Numbered from the stretch's first letter, positions 12,301-23,193 are shown. The stretch: DNA of 64,000 bases from Phoronis australis (GCA_002633005.1 NMRA01000383.1:342316-406315); one strand, 5' to 3'. Notes: generated by a model from the letters alone, not told the origin. Numbers and translations: made by a program.

Positions 12301-15300
12301 TTGCAAGAATTTCTAGAAAAACTGTTATTCTCTGTTTTCTAAACACAAAGTAAAACTCTTTCATCCCAATACTGTAACAGTTTTCAGCTCTCCAACTCCG
12401 ATAATACACATGCATATGCGCTAAAAGAAATCGGACTAGCTGCTGCTTCAAATCGCCACTGTTTTGTTTACCTCTACAACAGAGGGAAGCAGGTGTATCA
12501 AATTACAACAACAGAGGGAAGCACGTGTATCAAATTACTACAACAGAGGGAAGCACGTGTATCAAATTACTACAACAGAGGGAAGCACGTGTACCAAATT
12601 ACAACAACAGAGGGATCAAATTACCTGAAAAAGCTGAGAACCAGATTATAAATCTCGCCGACACAGCCCTTAACATTACTCGTGTACTCTCTCACTAGTA
12701 CTGTCATGATCTTCAGTTGGAAACTGAGAATCTTCAACGATTTCTGGAAAGTCTTGTCATCACCTTGACTCAAACGCTTTCATAAAACATAATATACAGT
12801 GAATCAAACTATTATACAGTCTCTGTTGACACAAACAACATGGCAGACAATACTTCTGCATTATTATTATTATTATTTATTCATTATAGTGACATAAGGG
12901 TGCCAGTAAATATATGATCTAAAATACAGAATATTCACCACACCCCCAGCCTCAGCAATACCAGAAAAGACACCAATGATTTCCAAAAGAGTCCCACTTC
13001 CACTATCTGTATTGTTTTTGCATGTCTGGTATGTACGGAACATGTTGTATTGCAAGAGGATATTTTTGACCTGAAAACGACTGTTTAAATATTTTCTACC
13101 ACTTTTCTCAAGTCAACAGGCTCGTTGCTAGACTTCACGTAAAAGTTTCCAAGCTGCCTACAAAAGCACTTAGCCTTTATCTTACAAGAACACACTCATA
13201 AAGCCCTCGGTCAAATAAGGGTGCCAGCCCACCAGTTTTCTGAAAGAACGTGTCCGCCAAGGGTGGTTACTTTAGATGGAAAATCACTTGGATAAAAACA
13301 GTTTCCTTGAGGCAAATTTGGAAATTCAAAGTAAAATACTGCCCACTTCCTGTTTTTTATGGTTCCTTTCCCAGTAGCTACCTAGGTAATTAAAGCTTTA
13401 GTACACTTATACAACACACTACAACCAATGCAGGTAAGCATGATTATTTTCAATTAAGAAGCTTAATCTAATAATTGCAGATGGTCTGGTATATGCTGTA
13501 CCAGAAGAGCGTAGGCCGCTCATATGGGCCCATTGCACCGGTGACCTGGAACCAATTTTATCCTTTAGTAATATAGAGTTAAAACCGTGCTGAAGAGCTG
13601 GAGACCTGACTCAAGGGTCCAACAGTGTGCCTCAGTGGGACTCGAACCCATGACCTTGAGTAAAAGAAACTTATCTCACTAAGCCACACTGCCTCCTCTA
13701 ATTAGTTCGGTTTGTTGACAACTTCACGGACTTTCCGCACATGGTTAATGTGTACCTTAGCTTTTATAATATGCATTCTAAAATTACATGAGAGCAAATG
13801 TCTTCAGAGAGAAAGAGAGAGCATGCACCAGTCCTTCATTTCACTGATTCACTTAGTCGTCTGTAGTGCATAAATTATTTACAATTAGAATTTTCTGGCA
13901 GACACAAGATAGCGATAAATATGCACTAGCACACTCACTCTGTACATTAGAACAGTTTTCAGATACATCTGGCTTACCTGTCCCCACCTATCCACATGCG
14001 GTATCAACTGGAATAAGTGTGAATAGGACTGGTCCATTTCCTGGCAGAGGGAGGATATCATTGGCCTTGCATCCAAATGTTCTATTAACAATGACCTGTA
14101 GTGGCTACACAACCTGCAATGGAATGTGTCAAAATATTTATTCACTTAATTTGCACATAAATATCTTAAATGTCATTTTTTTATTTGTCAAACAGACTCA
14201 TTATGGTGTTGTAATTAATTATAATTCTGCCTTTGGCTTTCAAAAACAGGACTTTTATGATTTCACACAGCTTTTCTGAGCTTTCATCTTGGACACTGTT
14301 ATCACACTGAATTTGGTCATGTTATTGATACCATTGTTTTGCTATAAATATACCTTTCTTTTTATTCTATTTTACCAACAACACATGGTCACGTGACACA
14401 ATTAATAACAAAATGTTGAAAAGTCAAAAATCAAACTCTACAGGCTTTCAACTTTTAGAAAAAAAAACACTCCTACTTATTGAGCTAAAACCTACACCTA
14501 CAAGTGGAAAACAAAAACAGCAACAGAGTGCAGAATGAAAACCAACGTTTTAATATTAAGCAAATATCATCTTCAAGTACAAGGATGACACGGAATAGAA
14601 CAAATTATCGGAACAGAATGTACACTTCATGACGCGAAGTGTACATTCTGTTCCGATAATTTGTTCTATTCCGTAGAGTTTGATTTTTTGCTGTTTTTGT
14701 TTTCCACTTGTAGGTATAGAATTTAGCTCAATAAGTAGAAGTGTTATTTTTTCTAAAAGTTGAAATCCATAGTTTTGTAGACATCTGGCTAAATACAGAG
14801 TCAAAGACACTTCCAAAAATTCCAAAATTCCCACATCTATACATCAAAATTAGAACTGCTTAATGTGAATTTTGAACAGACTAGAGAATCAAATCAATTA
14901 CAATCAGGCCACCAAGTCAAAGTCATACTTAGACAGTGTTTTCCATGTGGTAATCATGATTTTGGCGTCCAACTGGCTGACGACCTTGGTCAATTCGTGG
15001 AAACCGTAACATACTGAAATAAAAATACCAATGACGCATGAGGCAGTTTTGGTTGGGAGAAACAGAAGTTTTGTATGCAAAAAGTTTGTCTTTATGGACA
15101 AATCGTCAATTTCTAAAGAAAAATCCCGACTTTTAAGAAAAAAATGCAATCAAATGATTTCAAGCATCAGGACATTGCTGTCACGCACATAACGCAATTC
15201 TGAAATCATAAAGGATTTTAAAAGTATAGTTTTTACCACTAATTCTTTAAACTTCTTGAAGAAATTTGATCCCAGGAAACACATAACAGGTATCATGTTA

Positions 15301-18300
15301 TCTTTAAAGTGCTTAAAACCAATATTTACTTAGTACCTTTTTGACAAGAGACTACATTGCCAGCATCATTAAACCTTCCTTTATAGCATTGCATATCACA
15401 ACATCGTGAATTCAACGTTCCAAATACGGGAAAACAGAGAAAGCAACTTCAGTTGAAAGTTTCTAAGCTCCACAGACATGAGAATGGTGCATGAATGTAC
15501 TCAGCGCCACTGTCTAATGTACACCAACACGCAAGTTTCTTGCTTTGTGCAACACATGCCATATACCCACTTCTCTGATGTCTAAAGGGAAAGCGCCACA
15601 GCGTGGTCAAATACTAAGTTATCACAACCACCAACGTAACCCCTCGACATTCCTTATTATACCATAACCCACGCAAAAACAAACAGCAACATCTTACCAC
15701 TTTCCACACTAAACACAATGGAGGATGACTGATGCGGTCATTGGAAGACTCGATTTTATGTGGTATGTTTCGACCAATATATGCTCATACCTCGAGATCA
15801 GCTAATGTTCTAATTAGACAGATGGTCGACTGGGGAGGGAGTTGTTTCTTGGTGTTTTGATACAAAATTGGTGGCGGTTTAAGCACGTTAAACAAGACTT
15901 ACTTGTACACAAATTCTCCAAGTCCTTCGGTGAACTGTCCTTGTCCAGATGAATTTTATCAATAAGAGCAGTAAATATCTGAAAACAACCACTAGAATTC
16001 CCAACACGCAAAACACAATTCATCTTCATTTTATTTTTTCCTCCACTTAATATTGCGGTAAAAATTCTTCAACTTGGGACACAATAAGGCGGACAGGTGA
16101 AATTTCATTTTACTAAATTTTTCAACAAAACTAAATTTTCAGGAAAATTTACAATGCTTTTAGCATGATTTGTATGACATAGCTATTACCAAACAACATT
16201 ACGTAAAATTTTGAGCATTTGCAACAATGTGGTAAGCCTCTACAAAATAGAAATATGGTAATTTTAGCAATTATTGTTGTCCCAAATTGAATTTTTTTAC
16301 AGGAAACTTACTCAAGCATGACGACTAGTTCAATTTTTGTTACGCACAATACATGCTGTTGTTTTGTCATACAGCTGGCATGCACTCTAATCAACAATCG
16401 CCCACAGCATGACTCCTATTGAGTTTAGTTGCAATCGAACACAAGATGGCCATGTGGTGGCCATTTTTCGCTTTATTAAATGAAGTAATACAGTAAAATC
16501 TCACAAATTCAGGACAACATGTCGGACAAGTGAAGTTCTACTTTTTCATTTTTTGATAAAAGATAGACCAAACTGTCTCCACAGAACATACTAGAAAGAC
16601 GCCATCCACCTTAAGACATTCACTGGGAGTCTATAATCTTTAATAAGAAACAGCTGTTCTTGACTACAACTTAAATACCTAAGAAGTAATAAATACCATT
16701 TGAAGGGAATGCGTCCTCTTGAACATGGCCGACAATTTCTCAGACACAGATCCCAGTAAGTCACCATAGAGGGATCCACTGTCCTAAAAACAAAGCAAAC
16801 GCTATTAGCAGTGAGCAGCAAATCAACAGAGAGGAAATACTGAGTTCAAGAAAGGCGTCAGGTTGTAAATGAGAGCCTTCCAGGGCTTTGACACGAATGG
16901 ACGTTATCTGGCAAGAGCCTCGACTGGTCAGTAGTTTACAGACAATAACAAGTATGCTGCAAATTGTTTGAGACCTTTATTGCATTAATTAGCTTATTTC
17001 AAAATTTTGATTTATAGCCATGAATACATAACAAACTTTGTTAATGACTAGCACAGATTATCAAGTTTTAAACTCATCAGCGGCCAGTAAATCAAATCAA
17101 AAGATTGACGCATCCGTTTTCTGTCACGGCAATACCGAAAGGCTCGCAAAATTTTATTGAGCAGATTTTAGGCATGCATTTGAACAATGAAACAGAAATG
17201 AAAAAAGATTGCACTGCGTGTTACCTGACAGTGTTTGTACGAGTTCTTTAGCACCGGTAGAACAACATGCAAGAGGGAGTGAATGTGACGCATGTGCAAC
17301 AGGTCAAAGGTCAACATGTGCTGGATCATCTCATGTAGGTCCCACAATAGTCTAATGGCGAGCTGGAACAGAAAATGAGGTCACACTGACATGACAAGAG
17401 CGTAGGCAAACAAATGTAGACTTCATCACACTTTCAGCAGTTTCAGATTCTTTCTGGGCCCGTCTAATCTCGGTATTTGAAACTTGATTTGAAAACTGAC
17501 CAATTGCTTGGAATGGTGCCTACCTCTAGATGGTCCATAACAGCAGCCTGTACTTGACTGTCTAAATCACCACTGTCCAGCAGATCACACACGCCACACA
17601 ATGTCTGGTCAAACACGACACACACCTGAATTGATATAATACATGTCAATGATGAGACACAGGAGAGACACAGGTGAGACATTACTGCTTTCACTCTCAT
17701 TGTGTTCTAAGAGCATTTCAGAGTCAAAATTTCATTTCTTTGCATTATTTGAAATAGAAAAAATAAACACATAGCCACGACAGAGGCAACCAGCACAGTA
17801 CAGTAAAATCTCACCAGTTTAGGACACAATCTGGTGGACACGTTCAAATTTATTTTCTCGCTTTTTCCTAAATTATACACAGTACAAAAATGATGCTGTG
17901 CCATATCCAAGTTCTGTAACCATAGCTACCAACAGAAAGTATTCTGGACACTTGTGGGCATTCACAGCAATGACTGAAGCCCTTGAAGAAGGACATAAAA
18001 ATGTAATGGCCAGTATTTTGTCCAAAAATTGCCAAATGTTTCCGTGTTACCAAACTCTACCTTGTCTGTTATATGCGACACAAGTACCTCCTCCATGGAC
18101 GTTGGATCAACACTGGGCAATACATATTTAGTAACACAGTCCAGCACATCTGTCAAGAGAAGAGTAAGGGCTTGGAGTGATCAATGACAAAAAAGAGGAA
18201 GAATTTCCAGATGATGTATTGTTCCACAAATAAATAAGTTTGTGTGTTAGAAATATTTTTTCAGTGGTAAAATTTAACTGAAATGAAGGTTTTTGCAAGA

Positions 18301-21300
18301 ATAAAGTCAAAATAATGAAACAAGAGCAATGCGAAGCGTTGAAATGCGCCCACGAATGCATTGCAAATGGTGTGCTTTTAGGGTTATTTATTTGTATCAA
18401 AAAATGGCCACTAGATGGCGCAAAATCATACAATTCATCCAAAAACAGGAACATGCCATATTTCATAAAAATCTGTCAAGGAACTTCAGAGAAACAAAGG
18501 AAAACAGAATAAAATGAAATTGCCACTAGTGGGCACAGTGTCCGTTGGATCCGCGTGAAAGTCGTCGTCGTCGTCTGTTGTTATCTTCATATAGATACAC
18601 TTACTAAATTTAGTAAAGATCCTGCAGTGGGTTTAGGAGATACGTGTGCAACTATGGGCGCAAAACAAAACTACCACTAGTAGCTGCCACAGTAGTGAGT
18701 CACCATCATCAAAGGTCGTCTTCACACTGAGAACATAGATGCCAATTTTCAAATGATTTGCTTGATACAAGGGTGGACACCAAAAACGAGATTTGAAAAC
18801 AGCAAAAAATGACCACTAGGTGGTGCAAAATATATAGATTCCATCCAAAAACAGGAACATAGTGTCATCACAACAATAGATGCCTATATTTAAAATTTTA
18901 TGAAAATCTGTTGAGGACCTTTGAAGATACCAAGTTAAACGTAAAAACTAAAATTGCCACTAGGGGGCACAGCAGTAGTCAGATCTGTCCGAAAGTCGTC
19001 GTCGTCCGTAGACAACATCATATAAATACACTTGTTAAATTAAGTAAGGATCCTGCGAACGGTTTAGGAGATATAGCCATAGGTGCAACAAAAACAAAAC
19101 TGCCACTAGGAGGTGCCACAGTAGTAATCGTCGGAAAATCGTCAACTGTCCTCTTTATAGTAAGCACATACATGCCAATTTTCACAATCATCCTTTGAGC
19201 GATTTGGTTGATAGAGGGGTGGACTCAAAAAACAGACTCGAAAACAGTAAAAATGGCCACTAGGTGGCGCAAACTACATCGAATCCATCCGAAAATGGGA
19301 GGATAGCGTCATCCCACTAATAGGTGCCTACATATAAAATTTCATGAAAATCTGTTAAGGACCTTTGAAGATACAAAGGTAAACGTAAAAAAAATAAAAT
19401 TGCCACTAGGGGGCACACCGGTAGTCGGATCTGTCCAAGTCGTCGTCGTCCATTGTTAACATCATATAAATATACTTACTAAATTTCGTAAAGATCCTTC
19501 GAACGGTTTAGGAGATACTGCCATGGGCACAAAAAATAAAAATGCCACTAGGAGGCGCCACAGTAGTCGAAATCGTCGGAAAATCATCGTCAACCGTCCT
19601 CTTCGTAGTAAGCACATACACGTCAATTTTCACAATCATCCTTTGAGCGGTTTGGTTGATAGAGGTGTGGACGCAAAAAACAGACTCGAAAACAGTAAAA
19701 ATGGCCACTAGGTGGCGCAAACTACGTCGAATCCATCCGAAAACGAGAGGATAGCATCATCTCACTACTAGGTGAAAATCCGTTCGGACTTTGAAGATAC
19801 AAAGGTAAGGGTTTTGGAGATAGAGCAGCAGACGCCGGACGGAGATGATGGCATAATGCGTCCACATATATGAACATGTGGGTGTATAAAAAAGAAACAA
19901 AAAAGAGTAAACTGGAAATCAACAAGGCTTGGAATAACCAATGACAAATAGAGGAAAAATTTCCAGGTGATGTACAAATAAATAGGGTTATGTGATAGAA
20001 ATAAACTGAATTAAACATTTTCACATGTCTAAGGTTACAATAATGATACAAGGGCGACAAAAAAACAGGAAATAAAATAAGAGGAAATCAAAACAAACAA
20101 GATGACAACCTCTTAAAAGAGGGAAAGTGTTAAGACAAAATAGAAACCAAAAATGAGAAAATTCCAAGACCTGAAGAGTCTAGAGGAAGGCGAGGAAACA
20201 AAAACATTAATCAACACAAACATCACCACATCAATTCAAATGTTCCTCAGAGCCCTTAGAAAATTTGCGTAAAAACCTTACAAAGCAAATATGCTTCGAG
20301 AAAAACTGAGGAAAAAATTTGAAAGCATGACCACATATTGTCCTCTACTACAGAACCACGAACAATTAAATGGTCAGAAATTTGTCAATGCTGCTAAAGA
20401 AACTAAAATACAATAATTAGCAGAAATGATTAACTATTATTAAATAGTGACTGGGAGAGAGACTGCTACAAACCAAACCGGTATCTCCCAATAAATAATT
20501 CCTCTCGAAAATGAAGCATTTGTCTTGTCAAACAATAGAAACGAGCTTTCAAAGCTATACGCCATTAAGGAAAAACATATTGACAACGTGACTTCACCAT
20601 GTTTTAAGGCAAGAATGCGCACCAATAAAACTCCTGCTGTGCTCGGAATCTTCCAACTGTTTCTGTAAGATAGATGAATACAATCAAAATGTTAGTTAAC
20701 TTAATTTATTGTGATGACCTGGATGTTGACAAACAAACCCAAATTTGGGTCACACAGTTACAGTACACAAGTCACATTACGAAGTACACCGATCAAAAAG
20801 TCTACACATGGAACAATAAATATTTACCGTGATCTAGTACCACGATGAACAAACGTGTTAGGACTGCATTTCTTTTCTCACCAATCTGTTCTGACAAACA
20901 TGTCTTCCTACCTCATGAACCTCAGCTCCTTTCACTCTCTGACAGACAACAAGAAAGCACTGTACACTGGCAACCCCAAGGTACGACTTTTCGGTTCCAA
21001 AAGTTATCTTTATTTAATATTATCAAGAGAGCGCCAGGCCTTTATGCAGTGTACGTCCTGGGCGTCCAAATGGACACCCTAGCACTAATATGGACGCCCT
21101 GGCAAGGACGCCCAATGTAACATTTGGACACCCACTGTCAATAGGAACCTTTCAAGTTTGGACACACACATTGTAATGATTACTAGGAAGCCTCTGAAGG
21201 CTCACAGTGGGGGCTCTTTTTTCAAAGCAGGAAGAAATATACAAGGTACAAAGTATATACAATGTTGCTATGCTCACATTTGGTTGATAGCATTGTAAAA

Positions 21301-22763
21301 GTCTTGGTCTACACCAATTTTTTATTAAAAATGCTCACTACAGAAGGCTGTTTTGTAAACTTAGATGTAAAAACCTTGGTCTATGCATTTTTTTTGTAAA
21401 AAAAATCTGTGTGTTTGGGTGGATTGCTGGGGGTGGGAGGTTACGCGTCGGAATTATGGACGCCCTGGAATGTTGGGAACCCCATTTTGGACACCCTATT
21501 TTCGAAATCCTATATAAAGGCCTGAAGAGCGCAACATGTACGCGTGTGATATGAGGAGATGAAAGATGCGCACATATAACGCCTTTGTCACACATCGAGT
21601 GATGCTCAACTGATCCCACAGATGGAGTTTTATATCTGTGAATTTTTCATCTTATCAGTGGTAGCCAATGAGGATTTTAGATGCTGAAGTCCAGTCGCCA
21701 CTCCTACTGGCATTTTCCGTAGATAATCCCATGGGCATGTATTCGGAAAATGAGAAATTTCAGACGTTTTAATATGAAATAAATGCCCGGCCGTTTATTC
21801 AGAAAGGGAGGCATGTCAATGGGAAGTCATAGGTTTCCTGACTTTGACATTTTCTAGTTAGACGAGTTTTTAAATTTTATGATAACAAATGCATAGTAGT
21901 TCGCCAGCACTTTGTTCGTTTTTATAAATGATAAATGCTCCAAAAACAGAATTTGTCACTAAAACTTGATGCTTAGTAGGCTTTTAAGAGGAAAATTTCC
22001 AAATAAACGCTCCACTACTCTGGACACTTGACACTAGAAGTTGTAACACCAAATAAATGCCGATGGGTGTTTATTCGGCTAAATTTTCTGAATAAATAAC
22101 ATGGGCATTTCATCGGGTGGACTTATTTAGGGAAACACCGTTAGGTATTACCATTTTGTAAAATCATTGGATAGCCGTCAGAAGCTTACCAGAAGGTGAC
22201 CAAGGCGCGAGGAAAGAGTTCCGAAGAATGAGAACTTATGGTAAAACTTAACTAATTTGAGACATAATATGGCCGACAAGTGAAATTTTATAACTCCTTC
22301 CACGGAATATGTGTAGCACAGATTTTAATGACATTCCATGTTCAATTTTAATGACATTCCATGTTCAATTTTAATGACATTCCATGTTCAATTTTAATGA
22401 CATTCCATGTTTAAATTTAATGACATTCCGTGTTCAAATTTTATTCCACAGCTACCATCGAAAAAGTTTTGAAAAATTGCGGTCACGCACATCAATGTCA
22501 GAGAAGTCCTTGAAATTGAAAAGAGTACATTTGACAAGTCTGAAACTTAGACTTTACAGTAAAGATAACAACCTTTCAGAAAAGAACTGTCAGTACCGGT
22601 ACGTTCATGAGGGTAAAATTACGCTCAGCCTGTTAATAACAACAACAGGAAGGTTGTCAACCCTTAGACTTACCAATAACTTAGCCAAAATATAACTCAG
22701 TCGCTCTGTGATGTCACTTCTACTCCAGTTAGCTAAGTCTCCAACCAGAGAGGCCTGAGACAT
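198..22763 (-). CDS. FIRRM: FIRRM/C1orf112 (FIGNL1-interacting regulator of recombination and mitosis) orthologue, multi-exon, 3' part beyond window start
   Basis: 16 GT-AG exons with consistent phases (22674-22763, 20623-20662, 18061-18149, 17524-17625, 17225-17362, 16697-16783, 15903-15978, 14929-15013, 13978-14113, 12625-12776, 11880-12025 or 9882-10027, 7960-8118, 7684-7799, 2843-2925, 1742-1886, 198-368; 605 codons). The translation follows recalled human C1orf112 colinearly, e.g. LAVDLWCFLARYSTAE vs LAMDAWCFLARYGTAE, TFQKSLKI vs LFQKTLKL, ITTWKTLSK vs ANTWKFIIK, FYQRVCTDMSAFI vs LYQHVCVHLCTFI. Confidence 0.9.
1742..1886 (-). CDS. FIRRM: FIRRM coding exon 15 (YSTAEMVWIHCCFL...IKFLSPQQQ)
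   Basis: ctacag acceptor, gttaag donor. Confidence 0.9.
2231..2464. repeat. Minisatellite, 32-bp unit x7
   Basis: cacgtgcacacaagtaattcactgtaatgggt. Confidence 0.95.
2605..2707. repeat. Minisatellite, about 20-bp unit x5
   Basis: gttccattgttcataacact. Confidence 0.85.
2843..2925 (-). CDS. FIRRM: FIRRM coding exon 14 (ECCLLHNVLSFHPLRLILAVDLWCFLAR)
   Basis: ttgcag acceptor, gtaaaa donor; conserved DxWCFLAR motif. Confidence 0.92.
3464..3718. repeat. Minisatellite, about 50-bp unit x5
   Basis: aagtgatattatggagta...ctgtttctggagtgataggccagca. Confidence 0.92.
4175..4521. repeat. Minisatellite, 34-bp unit x10
   Basis: gaaaacagtcacttacaagggtccaggattttga. Confidence 0.95.
4711..6468 (+). pseudogene. 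Disrupted secreted coiled-coil + fibrinogen-like (CASPR/neurexin-IV type) protein gene nested antisense in a FIRRM intron
   Basis: Exon 1 4711-5191 (signal peptide MKMVTKLALLLSLSLAAS, heptad-rich region, in-frame TAG at 5131-5133, donor gtaaga). Exon 2 5863-6468 is phase-compatible (TCRGWWDAG...YIIDPDGP...VEC; CQQFLKHEC; WYSRDG...YWGGA...CQCG...CNC...WREDSGYLTDKASLPVTQL...VGPLICY) with a frameshift near 6118. Confidence 0.8.
7684..7799 (-). CDS. FIRRM: FIRRM coding exon 13 (NRHVCLDSG...FYQRVCTDMSAFIASCPSVYFKTM)
   Basis: ttgtag acceptor, gtgagg donor. Confidence 0.85.
7960..8118 (-). CDS. FIRRM: FIRRM coding exon 12 (HSDDWEDCPRCLLLLTIL...FDSFSL)
   Basis: ctttag acceptor, gtaagt donor; PRCLLL vs human PQCLLL. 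Confidence 0.85.
8463..8689. repeat. Inverted repeat with about 50-bp arms
   Basis: tttaaaattagtgcgtaagtaaataacgacat...ccaacg versus cgttgg...atgtcgttatttacttacacgctaattttaaa. Confidence 0.75.
9882..10027 (-). CDS. FIRRM: FIRRM coding exon 11, copy A (duplicate)
   Basis: Same exon with 5 synonymous and 1 non-synonymous (K/Q) differences and intact splice sites. Confidence 0.75.
10660..10712. other. Assembly gap
   Basis: run of N. Confidence 1.
11880..12025 (-). CDS. FIRRM: FIRRM coding exon 11, copy B
   Basis: 146-nt exon YLRPCMTAPSIPNEYTKSIESQLMTGVKLLVGILIGDEAFRRLVLTPS, tgaag acceptor, gtaggt donor. Confidence 0.8.
12475..12623. repeat. 32-bp tandem repeat x4 abutting a FIRRM splice donor (also at 10500-10600)
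   Basis: acaacagagggaagcacgtgtatcaaattact. Confidence 0.88.
12625..12776 (-). CDS. FIRRM: FIRRM coding exon 10 (RLSQGDDKTFQKSLKILSFQLK...)
   Basis: gaaag acceptor (exact edge less certain), gtaatt donor. Confidence 0.82.
13470..13697 (-). mobile_element. tRNA-derived SINE
   Basis: Minus-strand A-box TGGCTTAGTGAG, B-box GGTTCGAGTCC, then GACCCTTGAG central motif; second copy near 37750. Confidence 0.7.
13978..14113 (-). CDS. FIRRM: FIRRM coding exon 9 (LCSHYRSLLIEHLDARPMISSLCQEM...)
   Basis: ttgcag acceptor, gtaagc donor; ISSLCQE vs human ITSLCED. Confidence 0.88.
14426..14770. repeat. Nested foldback: outer imperfect inverted repeat and inner perfect 39-bp hairpin (14590-14674)
   Basis: acggaatagaacaaattatcggaacagaatgtacacttc-atgacgc-reverse complement; outer arms about 14445-14523 and 14688-14766. 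Confidence 0.8.
14929..15013 (-). CDS. FIRRM: FIRRM coding exon 8 (CYGFHELTKVVSQLDAKIMITTWKTLSK)
   Basis: tttcag acceptor, gtatga donor, TWK motif. Confidence 0.88.
15903..15978 (-). CDS. FIRRM: FIRRM coding exon 7 (IFTALIDKIHLDKDSSPKDLENLCT)
   Basis: tttcag acceptor, gtaagt donor, phase 0 to 1. Confidence 0.82.
16697..16783 (-). CDS. FIRRM: FIRRM coding exon 6 (DSGSLYGDLLGSVSEKLSAMFKRTHSLQM)
   Basis: ttttag acceptor, gtattt donor; resembles human NSESVYSGCLHLVSDLLQALFKEAYSLQK. Confidence 0.88.
17225..17362 (-). CDS. FIRRM: FIRRM coding exon 5 (LAIRLLWDL...NSYKHCQ)
   Basis: ttccag acceptor, gtaac donor; resembles human ...IQSLPSSVLHIIKSTFVHCK. Confidence 0.85.
17524..17625 (-). CDS. FIRRM: FIRRM coding exon 4 (VCVVFDQTLCG...MDHLE)
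   Basis: ttcag acceptor, gtaggc donor, 102 nt. Confidence 0.8.
18061..18149 (-). CDS. FIRRM: FIRRM coding exon 3 (DVLDCVTKYVLPSVDPTSMEEVLVSHITDK)
   Basis: ttgacag acceptor, gtagag donor, phase 1 to 0. Confidence 0.8.
18166..20173. mobile_element. hAT-like TIR element with 6-bp TSD (AAGAGT), containing a nested Helentron-type element
   Basis: AAGGGCTTGGAG...ATTCCAAGACCTG, AAGAGT at 18160-18165 and 20174-20179; an uninterrupted relative lies at 26388-26603. Confidence 0.65.
18321..19890 (-). mobile_element. Non-autonomous Helentron (HINE/DINE-1/Pearl-like) element with internal tandem array
   Basis: Inserted in an A-run; terminal hairpin CAATGC-GAA-GCGTTG; subterminal inverted repeats ATGCGCCCAC / GTGGGTGTAT; stem-loop and CGGACGGA near the other end; about 445-450-bp internal repeats. 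Confidence 0.7.
20623..20662 (-). CDS. FIRRM: FIRRM coding exon 2 (KQLEDSEHSRSFI)
   Basis: ttacag acceptor, gtgcgc donor; 40 nt bridges phase 0 to phase 1 as required by the neighbouring exons. Confidence 0.6.
22322..22442. repeat. Minisatellite, 23-bp unit x5
   Basis: attttaatgacattccatgttca. Confidence 0.9.
22674..22763 (-). CDS. FIRRM: FIRRM coding exon 1 (MSQASLVGDLANWSRSDITERLSYILAKLL)
   Basis: ATG at 22763; acceptor ttgcag 14 nt upstream (exon edge 22777, so a 5' UTR exon lies further upstream); donor gtaagt. Confidence 0.8.
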
Positions 22764-23193
22764 ATTGCACGTCACACCTGCAACAACAGAACACTGTTGA
22801 CAGATTAGGCAGCAAGACACTGAGAAGCTGGACAGTCAATAGGTAGCGCTGGTGTATCAGGACTCGCATACCAATCATAGATCATGTGAAACGCTTGGTA
22901 AAAGGTACTGTAACAATGGTTTTCATTGGGTGTTGGGAAAATGACACATGACAGACCTCACATCCAACACGATCTGTGCGTTGAGACATGTACAACTAAC
23001 AAGAGCAAGGCGGAGCATTGAAATGCACCCACGACAGCACCTCAAACGGTATCATGGGCATTTTAGTATCATAAAAATGGCGAATAGATGGTGCAGAATG
23101 CGTCACATATGTCAGGATATAGACAGTAGCGCCGTCTCTGTAATACACCAAGTATTTGCCAACTTTTATGAAAATAAGCTAAGGAACTCCTAA

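Larger units (their letters stand above)
8717..12620 (+). repeat. About 1.9-kb direct duplication across an N-gap (8717-10600 and 10713-12620)
   Basis: Near-identical copies; the second starts at the first base after the gap. Confidence 0.92.
16056..17860 (+). repeat. Dispersed Tc1/mariner(pogo)-like MITE ends (copies near 3047, 16056, 16491, 17801, 22239)
   Basis: Recurrent CAGTAAAA..C.C..A.TT.GGACAC...GGACA.GTGAAATT motif. Confidence 0.45.

Noticed and set aside
12937-13070. Exon-like segment with tttcag acceptor on the minus strand
   Set aside because: No similarity to FIRRM in any frame, and the flanking exons already join in phase.
13620-13697. Possible tRNA gene (A and B boxes)
   Set aside because: No cloverleaf can be built; it continues into a body shared with a second copy, so it is a SINE head.
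20225-20460. Possible Penelope RT remnant (MFLRALRK)
   Set aside because: Too short and interrupted to support a call.
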